From the human T2T-CHM13v2.0 reference genome, Homo sapiens: a stretch of DNA of 64,000 bases. Shown here one piece after another: positions 43,543 through 55,760 of this stretch. How positions within the stretch are numbered: the first letter of the stretch is position 1; each line of letters begins with the position of its first letter. The notes beneath the pieces were generated by a model. It did no database searches. It was given only the letters and a program-made list of their open reading frames with translations, and had not been told where the DNA came from. The DNA is taken from the NCBI RefSeq assembly GCF_009914755.1, contig NC_060929.1. One strand, given 5' to 3'. A program made the position numbers and the translations under genes.

Positions 43543-44023
43543 TGTCAAGACCAGCTCAGTTGTGGAAACCCTAATCCAGTGGCACTAGAGGAATTAAAGA
43601 CACACACACAGAAATATAGAGTGTGGAGTGGGAAATCAGGGAACTGACAGCCTCCAGAGCTGAGAGCCATGAACAGAGTTTTACCCACATATTTATTGAC
43701 AGCAAGCCAGTGATAAGCATTGTTTCTAAAGATTATAGATTAACTAATATGGGAAACAAAGGGATGGGTTTTGGCTAGTTATCTGCAGCAGGAAAATGTC
43801 CTTAAGGCACAGATCATTCATGCTATTGCTTGTGGCTTAGGAATGCCTTAAGCAATTTTCCGTCCTGGGTAGGCCAGGTGTTCCTTGCCCTCATTCTGGT
43901 AAACCCACAACCTTTAGCATGGGCATCATGGCCATCACAAACATGTCACAGTGCTGCAGAGATTTTGTTTATGGCCAGTTTTGGGGCCAGCTTGTGGCCA
44001 GATATGGAGGTCTGTTCCCAACA
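43543..44023 (-). mobile_element. MER9 3' LTR
   Basis: Minus strand TGTTGGGAACAG...GGTCTTGACA; preceded by PPT aaaaacaaaaagggggaaca. Confidence 0.95.
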
Positions 44024-44091
44024 TGTTCCCCCTTTTTGTTTTTGCAAGATGATAAAAGCAAAGGTGGCTTTATCACTACTTCTCGCAGGAG

Positions 44092-45148
44092 TCAGGATCT
44101 GCATCTGCAGACTATACAAAGACAAACAACACAGATTAAAAGTACAATCATCATTGAAATCATAGAGCCTCCAAGTGTTTTTATCCATTTTAATGAGTTA
44201 ACAGCTGCTAATCCATCTGCAGCTCCTTCAAGCACTCCAGTTCCTGGCATTAAGGTCAGGTGTGCCTGGGGTGCTTTAAGTATTTGTTCTTTTAATTTTG
44301 CAATATCAAAAGACAAGTTTGTAGAGTATCCTTCTAGATGCTTTTTTTTGCTTTCCCAAATTTTGATCTTATTAAGAGCCATTAATAATTTCCACAAATC
44401 CTTATGTTTAGCTCCTACAGTGGGCCATATCATTTGAGGTTGACGTGCCACTAAACCGCCATGTTTCCAGATAATAGGAACTTTTGCCATATTTCTTACC
44501 ATTTCTACCATCTGACCATTTTGTTCAGACCAGCTGAATGTAGTGTGGCTGTGGCACACAGACTGAGAGGTGCAATTCAAGCTAAACATCCCCTTAGGGG
44601 ACCAATCAATAATGATTCCATAGGAATCATTGCACAGCACCTCTGCCTGTTCTGCAATGCAATTTTCCTGAACAAGTACATTCATTATTTCTGGCCAGGT
44701 CCAATTCTGTTTACAAATAGGTTTTTAAGGATGGTATCTCTCAATTGTAGGAGTAGATTTATTATGGTAAATACTGACATCAGAAAGCATGTGTCACTGT
44801 GTCACAGAGTGATTACATCCAGGCATTATTGCCAGCCAAGATTGATAAATATGCCCAACAAGTATAATTGTTCTCTGTGTCAGCCCTTGTTGAAGGAATA
44901 CTCATGGCAATGGTGATCATTGCTATCATAGCTATCATTAAATTACTCTTTGTGACTGGTTATCCCACTTTCCTCAGGTTTTCTTCTGCCATCTGTGACA
45001 GCTTCTTGATCTTTCCCCAGGTAGTTGGTTGTGTTTGATGGGTGTTGCTCTTGAGATTTTGGGTCCTCCTCAGCATCAGTCTTGACATGGCTACAACTGG
45101 GGGGTCCTTGGGATCCTCCCAGAATCTCTTCCTTGGCGTCTGGCTCAT
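44092..45148 (-). pseudogene. env: HML-3 env remnant (SU fused to distal TM)
   Basis: PTTWG signal-region motif; IIDWSPKG and PQMIWP...DLWKL SU motifs; NLSFDIAKLKEQI and hydrophobic TM with CLCIVCRC. Confidence 0.85.
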
Positions 45149-45149
45149 G

Positions 45150-47659
45150 ATGAGGTTTCAGGTGTCTTGATGGTATCCAAATTGGCTGCTGCTGTTGGCC
45201 TGGAGAAACACAAGCATAACCTCTACTCCAAGTTATTATTTTACCTATTTCCCAACTTTTTGTTATCAGATCTCTCTACCAAACCAGTTGTTCTGCTTCT
45301 GTCTTTGGAGCTGGTTTCTGTAGATGCTGTTCAGCTGCTGATAGCATCTGGCCTTTAGGCAGGCTAAAAAAATTTAAAGTAAATAATGCTAGATTCAATT
45401 GCATATAGGGTGTCCCATAGTCCCTGCTTTCCCCTTTTTGCTTTTGCAATTGTCATTTCAGGGAGAGATTCATTCGTTCTACAATGGCTTTTCCTTGAGA
45501 ATTATATGGGATACCAGTGATATGTTTAATATTCCATATAGAGAAAAATGTAGCTAAAGCTTGGCTAGTATAGCCTGGGGCATTATCTGTTTTAATAGAA
45601 GATGGAAGGCCCATCACCACAAAACACTGCAAAAGGTGACATTTAACACAGACAGAAGACTCTCCTGATTTTCATGTAGCCCAGACAAAGTGAGAGAAGG
45701 TTTCCACATATACATGTACATAAGCTAGTCTCCCAAATGAGAAAATATATGTCACATCCATTTGCCAAAGAGAATTAGGTTCCAATCCTTAAGGATTAAC
45801 TCCTCCTATAAAAGATGAGGAATGCACCATTTGGCAAGTTAGGCACTGCTGGATAATAGCTTTAGCTTCTTTCTAGGTAATGCTGTATCTGCATTTGAGA
45901 CCAGAGGCATTAACATGGGTTAAACTGTGAAAGTGTCTAGTAGCAACTAGGCAATCAGCCATTTGATTCCCTTCAGTCAAAGGTCCTGGAAGAAGTGTAT
46001 GAGCCCTAATGTGAGTAATGTAAAAAGGGTGCATTCTACTCCTAACTGCTGTTTGCAATTGGGTAAATAAAGTCATCAGTTGTTCATCTGTGTGGAATCA
46101 TAAATGAGCATTTTCAATTAATTATGTAGAATTAACAACATATGAAGAATCAGAAATCACATTAATAGGCATATCAAAAGCAGTCAATACCTCAATTACA
46201 GCTACAAGCTCTGCTTTGTGAGATGAGGTACAGGGCATCTGAAAAACTTTACTTTTTGACCCAGAATAAGAGGCTTTACCATTGCAAGACCCATCTGTGA
46301 AGACATTCTCAGCACCTTCAATTGGTTTAAATTTAGTTATTTTAGGGAGAATCCAATTAGTTCATTTCAAAATTTGAAACAGTTTTGTTTTAGGAAAAGG
46401 ATTATTGAGAATACCCACAAAGTCAGACAAATGGGTTTGCCAAGTAAGACTATTTATAAAAGCTTGCTCTATTTGTGCCTTCGTGAGAGGGACAGTAATT
46501 TTTCCAGGATCATATCCATGTAATTTAACAAACCGAGTTCTCCCATTTCCTATCATAGTAGCTATTTGATCCAAATAAGGAGTCAAAGCCCACGAATTAG
46601 TATGTGGAAGGAAAAGCCACTCTACAAGATCTTGCTCTTGAACAATAACAGCAGTAGGTGAATGCTGAGTTGAAAAAATTAGCAAATCTAGAGTCTTCTC
46701 TGGATCTATTCTATTTATTTTAGCTTTATGGACTTGCTTTTCAATCAGCAGTAACTCTGCCTCAGCCTTTGTTAATTGTCAAGGGCTAGTGAGACTAAGA
46801 TCTCCTCTAAGGATAGAAAATAGATTACCCATGGCATAGGTAGGAATGCCTAGGGCAGGTCGTATCCAATTAATGTCCCCTAGTAATTTTTGAAAGTCAT
46901 TTAATGTTTTCAATTGATCCCTACATATGGTTACTTTCTGTGGCCCTATTGTAGTGTCATTTACTAAGGTTCCCAAGTAGGAATAAGAAGTAGTAGTCTG
47001 AATTTTGTCAGGAGCTACAATTAAACCAGTGCAAGAAATAAAATTTTGCAAGTGTTCATAACATTGGAGTAATATTTCTCGAGTGGGGGTAGCACAAAGT
47101 ATATCATCCATATAATGAATAATGTAACACTGTGAAAATTTTTTATGAGGAGGTTCAATTGTTTGCCCTACATAAGTCTGGCAAATTGTTGGACTGTTTA
47201 ACATGCCTTGTGCCAACACTTTCCAATGAAAATGCTTAGCAGGCTGCAGGTTGTTTACTGCAGGAATTGTAAATGCAAACCATTCACAATCTTGCTCAGC
47301 TAAGGGAATAGTAAAGAAACAGTCTTTTAAATCTATGACTATTAAAGGCCAATTTTTTGGAATCATAGCAGAAGAATGCAGTCCTGGCTGCAATGCTCCC
47401 ATAGGTTGTATAACTGAATTAACAGCTGTGAGGTCTGTCAACATTCTCCATTTACCTAATCTTTTCTTAATACCAAGACTGGAGAATTCCAAGGGGAAAA
47501 TGTTGGCACTATGTGTCCTTTTTCTAATTGTTCAGTAACTAAGTCCTCTAAAGCCTCCAGTTTCTCTTTACTTAGCAGCCATTGTTCTATCCAAATTGAC
47601 TTATCTGTTAACCATTTTAAAAGTATAGGTTCTGGAGGCTTAACAATGGCTGCCATCAA
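45150..47659 (-). pseudogene. pol: HML-3 pol (RT, RNase H, integrase), disrupted
   Basis: [20 protein letters not shown] (ORF 46779-47492); HIRAH..LPGPL RNase H end; HFHSLTH integrase start. Confidence 0.92.
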
Positions 47660-48480
47660 AAATGATATGTTAAACCTTGGCGGGAACTTTGTCTTTCCCC
47701 TTGAAGTGGTTCCTTAAAACCTTGCAAATTTTTTCCTAGTCCCATAACAGGGACATACCCCATTTCATGCATCATATGTTGACTCTGAGGGCTGTATAAT
47801 TGCCCTGGAATTAGAACTTGTGCTCCACATTGTTGTGATAAATCTCTTCCCCATAAATTTATAGGTACAGAAGTTACAATTGGTTGAATAGTCCCAGGTT
47901 GTACATCAGGTCCTTCCCAATGCAAAATATAACTACTTTGATATACTTCAGGGGCTTTACCAACTCCAACTATGTTAAATTGAGTGGGTTGAATTGGCCA
48001 CATGGACAGCCAGTGCTGTAGAGAAATGATTGAAATGTCCACTCCTGTATCTATCAAACCTTTAAATTTTTTTCACTGAATAGTTATTTCACAGGTAGGA
48101 CATTTATCAGTAATTTGATTCACCCAGTAAGCTGTTTTGCCTTGCTTATTTGTGCTTCCAAATCCTCCTGTTCATTTAGTTTTACTTTTCCCTATTTCCA
48201 CATATGGCACAATCAGGAGCTGTTCTATACACTCTCCTGGCTCTGCTTTCCAGGGAACAGAAGGAGATATAACAATTTGAATTTCCCCATTGTAATCTGA
48301 ATCAATGACTCCTGTTTGTACTTTCACTCCTTTTAAACTAGACCTACCTAGAAGTAATCCTATCATTCCCACTGGCAAGGGTCCACAGACCCCTGTTGGA
48401 ACTTTTTGTGGGGGTTCCCCAGGCAGAAGGCTCACAGCTTTTGGGCAGCATAAATCTACTCTGGCACTACCAGCTGTGGC
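47656..48480 (-). pseudogene. pro: HML-3 dUTPase-protease (pro) with G-patch
   Basis: GRSS and GVIDSDYNGEI dUTPase motifs; IDTGVD and NLWGRD protease motifs; MGYVPVMGLGKNLQG G-patch. Confidence 0.92.
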
Positions 48481-49122
48481 AGGGCACAGGTATTGTACAG
48501 GGGTGAGGGAATGGCCTGAGCTGGAAATGCCCCGGTTTGGAATGGGGCCTGGGATGGGCCCCTCGTGGTGTTTCCCAAAATTGGGTTCCCATCTTTATCA
48601 AACTTAGAGTGATATTGATTAGCCCAATGTTTTCCTTTTTTATATTTTGGGCATAGACCTGGTTTATACTGATTGATAGCCTGTTTAAACTCTTTAAGTA
48701 TTTTAAAAGGAAAAGGCTCAAATGTAGCTATAACATTCCCCTGTTGATCAGGTGGGTGTATCCTAACAGGAAACTGCCAAGCCTCTATATCACCCTCTTG
48801 TCTAACTTGCTGAATTCCTGCCTGAATAGAACTGAGAACAGTCACTTGAGGCACTGCTCAAAAGTCACTCAGGCAACTACTTTTTGCCCAGTGTCCTCCA
48901 GAAAAGAAAGATCTGGAGGGTCAGGCCACTCTTTTTCTTCAAAATAATGAGGGGGTGCAGAAGGGTAGGAATGAACCTCTTCCTCTTTTGCCACTTTAGC
49001 TTTAGCTGGCAAACATACCTTCTCTGTCACCTCTTCTGCTACTTTGTTATACTTTCCTTCTTCCTAACATTAGTGTGAAAAGGTTCCAAGGTGGAACGAA
49101 CCAGAGCCCACACTTGTCCCAT
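48456..49122 (-). pseudogene. gag: HML-3 gag remnant with large deletions
   Basis: ATG GGA CAA (MGQ) at 49122; AWQFPV; [14 protein letters not shown] joined to the zinc-knuckle remnant [17 protein letters not shown]. Confidence 0.85.
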
Positions 49123-49218
49123 TGTTACCCTTATGCTTCCGAGCTCCCCATCTTACTCACCATGGGGATTGCTTAAGAGTACTTGGGTGTCCTCCAGCTT
49201 AGTTCCATGTTTACCCAA

Positions 49219-49243
49219 GTTCGAGCCCCATCTATGGGCATCA
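49219..49243 (-). promoter_or_regulatory. Degenerate tRNA-Lys primer-binding site
   Basis: TGATGCCCATAGATGGGGCTCGAAC just after the 5' LTR, similar to TGGCGCCCAACGTGGGGC. Confidence 0.75.
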
Positions 49244-49245
49244 CT

Positions 49246-49726
49246 TGCTGAGACCAGCTCAGTCATGGGGAACCTAACCCAGCAGCGCTGGAGGAATTAA
49301 AGACACACACACAGAAATATAGAGTGTGCAGTGGGAAATCAGAGAGCTGACAGCCTCCAGAGCTGAGATCCATGAACAGAGTTTTACCCACATATTTATT
49401 AACAGCAAGCCAGTGATAAGCATTGTTTCTATAGATTATAGATTAACTAAAATGGGAAACAAAGGGATGGGCTTTGGCTAGTTATCTGCAGCAGGAACAT
49501 GTCCTTAAGGCACAGATCACTCTTGTTATTGTTTGTGGCTTAGGAATGCCTTAAGCAGTTTTCCACCCTGGGTGGGCCAGGTGTTCCTCACCCTCATTCC
49601 GGTAAACCCACAACTTTTATCATGGGCGTCATGGCCATCACGAACATGTCACAGTGCTGCAGAGATTTTGTTTATGGCCAGTTTTGGGGCCAGTTTATGG
49701 CCAGATTTGGGGGCCTGTTCCCAACA
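49246..49726 (-). mobile_element. MER9 5' LTR
   Basis: Minus strand TGTTGGGAACAGGCCCCC...GGTCTCAGCA. Confidence 0.95.
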
Positions 49727-52550
49727 CCACAGAAATGCAAACTGCCATCAGAGAATACTATAAACACCTCTACACAAATAAACTAGAAAATCTAGAAGAA
49801 ATGGATAAATTCACGGACACATACGCCCTCCCAACATTAAACCACGGAGAAGTCAAATCCCTGAATAGACCAATAACAAATTCTGAAATTGAGGCAGTAA
49901 TTAACAGCCTACCAACCAAAAAAAAAGCCCAGGACCAAACAAATTCACAGCCGAAATCTACCAGAGGTACAAAGATGAGCTGGTTGCATTCCTTCTGAAA
50001 CTATTCCAAAAAACAGAAAAAGAGGGACTCCTCCCTAATTCATTTTATTAGGCTAGCATCATCCTGACAACAAAACCTGGCAGAGGCACAACAGAAAAAG
50101 AAAATTTCAGGCCAATATCCCTAATGAACATTGATCTGAAATTCCTCAATAAAATACTGGCAACCAAATCCAGCAGCATATCAAAAAGCTTATCCTCCAT
50201 GATCAAGTCAGCTTCATCCCTGGGATGCAAGCCTGGTTCAACAGATGCAAATCAATAAATTTAATTCATCACATAAACAGGACCAATGACAAAACCAAAT
50301 GATTATCTCAATAGATGCAGAAAAAGGCCTTTGAGAAAATTCAACATCCCTTCATGCTAAAAACTCTCAATAAACTAGGTATTGATGGAACATATCTCGA
50401 AATAATAAGACCTATTTATGACAAACCCACACCCAATATCACACTGAACAGACAAAAGCTGGAAGCATTCCCTTTGAAAACTGGCATAAGACAAGGATGC
50501 CCTCTCTCATCACTCCTATTCAAGATAATATTGGAAGTTCTGGCCAGGGCAATCAGGCAAGAGAAAGAAATAAAGTGTATTCAAATAGGAAGAGAGGAAG
50601 TCAAATTGTCTCTGTTTGCAGATGACATGATTGTATATTTGGAAAACCCCATCTTCTCAGCCCAAAATCTCCTTAAGCTGACAAGCAACTTCAGCAAAGT
50701 CTCAGGATACAAAATCAGTGTGCAAAAATCATAAGCATTCCAATATACCAACAATAGACAGAGAGCCAAATCATGAGTGAACTCCCATTCACAATTGCTA
50801 CAAAGAGAATGAAATACCTAGGAATACAACTTACAAGGGATGGGAAGGACCTCTTCAATGAGAACTACAAATCACTGCTGAAGGAAATAAGAGAGGACAC
50901 AAACAAATGGAAAAACATTCCATACTCATTCCATGCTCATGAAAATGGCTATACTGCCCAAAGGAATTTGTAGATTCATTGCTATCCCCATCAAGCTACC
51001 ATCAACTTTCTTCACGCAATTGGAAAAAAACTACTTTAAATTTCATATGGAACCAAAAAAGAACCCAGATAGCCAAGACAATCATAAGCAAAAAGAACAA
51101 ACATAGAGGCATCATGTTACCTCACTTCAAACTATACTACAAGGCTGCAGTAACCAAAACAGCATGGTACTAGTGCCAAAACAGAGATACAGACCAATGG
51201 AACAGAACAGAGGCCTCAGAAATAATGCCACACATCCACAACCATCTGATCTTTGACAAACCTGACAAAAACAAGAAATGGGGAAAGGATTCCCTATTTA
51301 ATAAATGGTGTTTGGAAAACTGGCCAGCCATATGCAGAAAACTGAAACTGGACCTCTTCCTTACAATTTATACAAAAATTAACTCAAGACCGATTAAAGA
51401 CTTAAATGTAAGGCCTAAAATCATAACCCTAGAAGAAAACCTAGGCAATACCATTCAGGACATAGACATGGGCAAAGACTACATAACTAAAACACCAAAA
51501 GCAATGGCAACAAATGCCAAAATTGACAAATGGGATCTAATTAAACTAAAGAGTTTCTGCAAAGCAAAAGAAACTCTCATCAGAGTGAACGGGCAATCTA
51601 CAGAATGGGAGAACATTTTTGCAATCTATCCATCTGACAAAGGGCTAATATCCAGAATCCATAAAATATTTAAACAAATTTACAAGAAAAAAAACAACTC
51701 CAATAAAAAGTGAGCAAAGGATATGAACAGACACTTCTCAAAAGAAGACATTCTTGCAGCCAACAAACATATGAGAAAAAGCTCATCATTGCAGGTCACT
51801 AGAGAAATGCAAATCAAAACCACAATGAGATACCATCTCACGCCATTTAGAATGGCAATCACTAAAAAGTCAGGAAACAACAGATGCTGGAGAAGATGTA
51901 GAGGAATAGGAATGCTCTTACATTGCTGGTGGATGCGTAAATTAGTTCAATCATTGTGGAAGACAGTGTGGTGATTCCTCAAGGATCTAGAACCAGGAAT
52001 GCCATTTGACCCAGCAATCCCATCACTGGGTATATGCCCAAAGGATTAGAAATAATTTTACTATAAAGACACATGCACACTTATGTTTATTGCAGCACTG
52101 TTCACGATAGTAAAGACCTGAAACCAACCCAAATGCCCATCAATGTTAGACTGGTTTAAGAAAATGTGGCACATATATACCATGGAATCCTATGCAGCCA
52201 TAAAAAAAGGATGAGTTCATGTACTTTGCAGGGACATGGATGAAGCTGGAAACCATCATTCTCAGCAAACTAACACAGGAATAGAAAACCAAACACCACA
52301 TGTCCTCACTCCTAAGTGGAAGTTGGCCAATGGGAACACATGGACACAGGGAGGGGAACAACACACACTGGGGCCTGTCAAGGGGTGGGGGTCTAGGGGA
52401 GGGATAGCGTTAGGAGAAATACCTAATGTAGATGACAGGTTGATGGGTGTGGCAAACCACCATGGCTTGTGTATACCTATGTAACAAACCTACACATTCT
52501 GCACACCCAGAACTTAAAGTATAATAATCATAATAAAACATTTTGCATGA

Positions 52551-53110
52551 TTCTCTACTCCCCTCTTCCCTGTATATAGCAACCCTAAGACTGTTCCAGC
52601 CAGTAAAGCAACAGGATGGTGGGGCCTCATCAGATGGATTCTGAGTGACTATAAGGAACAGGAGTGCCTCCTCCCATTCAGCCGATTGGGCACCTACTGT
52701 ACTTTAGAAATAAACCTTTTTAAATTTTTTTTAATTTTTTTATTTTTTTTGAGACAGGGTCTCACTCTGATGTTCAGGTTGGAGTACAGTAGCATGATCA
52801 TGGCTCATTGCAGCCTCAGCCTCCCAAGTTCAAGCCATCCTCCCTCCTCAGCCTCCTTAGTAGCTGGGACCACAGGTGCACACCATCATGCCCAGCAAAT
52901 TATCTTTTAATTTTTTGTAGAGACAGGGTCTCACTATGTTGCCCAGGTCTTGAAACCCTCACCTCAAGCCATCCTCCCACCTAAACCTTCCAAAGTGCTG
53001 GGATTACAGGTATGAGCCACCATGTCCCTCTAGAAAGAAACCTTTTGACATTTGACAATAATCGACATTTCAGGGTCAGTATAGTTTGTGTGCTGTCTAA
53101 TCCACACAGT
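52551..53110 (+). mobile_element. 3' half of the MLT1 LTR, split by an AluJ
   Basis: acaggatgg...ctgagtgact...agaaataaacctttt, resuming after the Alu. Confidence 0.55.
52721..53030 (-). mobile_element. AluJ
   Basis: gagacagggtctcact, tcatggctcattgcagcctc; TSD tagaaataaacctttt (52705-52720) / tagaaagaaacctttt (53031-53046). Confidence 0.9.
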
Positions 53111-53931
53111 AACCTCAGCTGGATGTCTCAGAAAGCACACTTTTGGTCAAAAAAAAAAAAGGTCCAAAGAAAGAGTGTGGTTGAAATTATTCAAATCCAT
53201 CCAAACTTTAAGCTTTTTCTTACTTTACCAAATGTGGAAAACACGGAGGGAGGTACATTTTTCCTTAAATATCTGGGGATGTTTTTACTTTGTTGACAAC
53301 TAAAAAATGTAGTTCATCTGTTAAAAGAAAATTTTTTTAAGTAGTTGAACTTTAAAACTGCCAGGTAGAAACCTGAAACGAGGAGACTAGTCCCCATGTT
53401 AGGTTGTCTTCAATTTGGGGTTTAAAGTAATATATACTTAATATTTATAAAATATTCAATATAGTTATCGGAAGTAGGACATCTTATTAACCTAAAAGAT
53501 GAATATAGCTTGAATAATAGCATCAATCTGTTCTCCAAGAAAGAGCATTGTTATATATCTAAGTAAATACTAAAACTTAAAGGCTTATACCTTTATAAAG
53601 GCCTATACCTTCCTTATACTTGTGTTGAGTAACCCCCTGGGTGAAACGAAATACACTCACATGCTGTTCTTACATTTTCTTGGGATTAACAACAACAAAG
53701 GAAAAAGCTACCAAATCTAATATGTCAAATCTTACATTAAAGCTTAGGGCAATAGTTGTAATATGTGACAGCACAAATTCCACTCTGCTCATGTGTGGTT
53801 CAGGGAAGGTGTGGCTAAAGCCTCGTTGTGTTGCCCCTTGGAATCTTAACCCCTTGTGCTCCCAGAATTATACCATTTTTATTCCAATATCAAATAATTT
53901 CTAACTTTCAAGTTGACAGACTTCATTTATA

Positions 53932-54008
53932 TTAGGTTGGTGCAAAAGTAATTGTGGCATTTGCCATTAAAATTTGCAAAAACCACAATTATTTTTGCTC
54001 GGACCTAT
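53932..54008. mobile_element. MADE1 mariner MITE
   Basis: ttaggttggtgcaaaagtaattg...caattatttttgc..accta imperfect palindrome flanked by TA. Confidence 0.88.
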
Positions 54009-54814
54009 ATAAGGCAAAGGCTAACGAAAAGTAAGCAAGATTTGAAACAAGAAAAAGAAAAACAGATTTAAGAAGAGAGCCACAAGAATAAAGAGAAAAG
54101 TAGGAGTCAAAAAAAAAAAAAAAAGACAGAGAGAGGCAGGGGAAGGTGGTGATGACAGCCACCCAACTTCTGCCTCCCTCAAGTTATACCAGACAAGGAA
54201 ACAATGAACAGCTGAGAAAGGCCATGAGAACCAGCTGTGCAGGAACATAACCTGAGTCTAACAGCATATGAAAAATTACCTGATGACTGTTTATTTACAT
54301 TTGGCTTGTCTCATTTTATCATTTCATTTTTAAAGTAAGGGATCTCTAACCCTGACAACCAGGAGCCCCGCAGGTATCATTTACTCTATAAGGAGACCTC
54401 CATCCTATCCGGTTCTACTTCAAGTCTGTTCCTTGCTTATCTCACCCTTAGGGTCAAAAGAAGTCAAATATTCTTCAGCCTCCTCTTCATTATCTTGATG
54501 AACTGAGCATTTCAACACAACTTCTAAAAACTCTAAGTACTAAGTTCTACAAGATTACCTCCCTTCTCTTTGCAAAGCCTATTACCAAGCACCAAACAGT
54601 AACATTTATAAATCCACATACTATTATTGCTTCTATTCTAATATAATTGACATCCTCCCTCTCTGTATCAGAATCTATCATTCTCCCTGAACAATCTTAT
54701 TCAAGCCCTTTCACTATTGTCTTTAGATGGATGACTTCCAAGTCTATATCTGTAACGCAGATCTTTCTTCTAAATGCCAGCCCATATTTTCAGCTATTTA
54801 TTTGGCATCTCCCT

Positions 54815-55760
54815 GAGCCACTTTGTTTCACTCCAATTCCCTGGGAAAAAGACTCTGAGTTGGAGATTTGAAAGTGAATGGTTCACTGGAGATGCCCTTA
54901 GGAACAGCACCCGTAAAGGAGTAGAGGCAGCAAGACTGGGCAAATAGAGAGGCTGAAGTGTGATGCACCATGACAAAAGGCTGTCAGTCCCACAAGGAGC
55001 TGGGAGGACCCTTCATTTCTGCCCCAGATTGTGGTAAGGGGGCTCAAATTTTGTACCCCGAGATCCACCTGCCTTTAGCTGTAGGCTGCACCCAGGGAAG
55101 GGACAAAATCTTAAGTAAAGCATCTCCCCTCAGCCTAGGGCAATTCCCAGGGAGGAATTTTGTTGTGAGCTATCACAGCCAACTGCCCCGGCAGTGGGGA
55201 GAAGAGTACCTAGCAGCCTTACCTCTGTTTGATGATCCGAGTAAATTCCTATTGCCATTTAGTGACTTCTTTCCTTACCTCATGCCATCTTGGCAAGAGG
55301 AGCCTGGGATAACTAAGTGGCAGCCACAGCTTGAAGTTTAATACAGACTGTTATGTTTCCTGGTGGAAGCGTGCCTTTCTGGGCACCAGGACTTCTAAAC
55401 CCATGGAGCCCAGAGTTGCCAGGACAAGAAGCATAAATTCCCCAAATGGGCCACTTGGAGTAATGGTAAAAGGAACCACTTCTACTTCTACCCCTTGATT
55501 CCCAGACTCATATATTCTGCCTGCGAGGGATATAGCATTACATATTGGTTGTTGATTTAGGATGCATATTGCATCCTACAGGATGACGCCCATTCTGTGA
55601 GGTATTATCTTCAAGCTGGTGCCACAGCTGTGCCTTTGAAAGACCTTTCTGTTGCTCTCTTCAGCTGAAGCTTCTAGGTGGACTGATGTTAGGACCAGAG
55701 TAGCAGTACGTGGGTCCCTGGGTCATGGGCCTCCTGCTGCACTTCCTTTGCTGTAAAATA
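54815..55760 (-). mobile_element. LTR33-like ERVL LTR plus adjoining ERVL internal (pol) remnant
   Basis: agactctgagttggagatttg...gggcaattcccaggga LTR pattern; gcatattgcatcctacaggatgacgccc...ttcaagctggtgcc integrase-like remnant. Confidence 0.6.

Larger units (their letters stand above)
43543..49726 (-). mobile_element. HERV-K(HML-3)/HERVK9 provirus with two MER9 LTRs, internally deleted
   Basis: Two 481-bp direct repeats, 6-bp TSD CCACAG, Lys-type PBS, PPT, gag-dUTPase/pro-pol-env remnants. Confidence 0.95.
43313..52534 (+). mobile_element. 5'-truncated L1PA (PA7/PA8-like 3'UTR), interrupted by HML-3
   Basis: ORF2 fragments incl. RQGCPLS and FADD (ORF 50315-50734); 3'UTR ending aacttaaagtataataat; TSD aaaatatattgcatga (43297-43312) / aaaacattttgcatga (52535-52550); TT/AAAA site. 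Confidence 0.93.

Noticed and set aside
46779-47492. Second RT ORF as a functional gene
   Set aside because: HML-3 pol fragment with frameshifts on both sides
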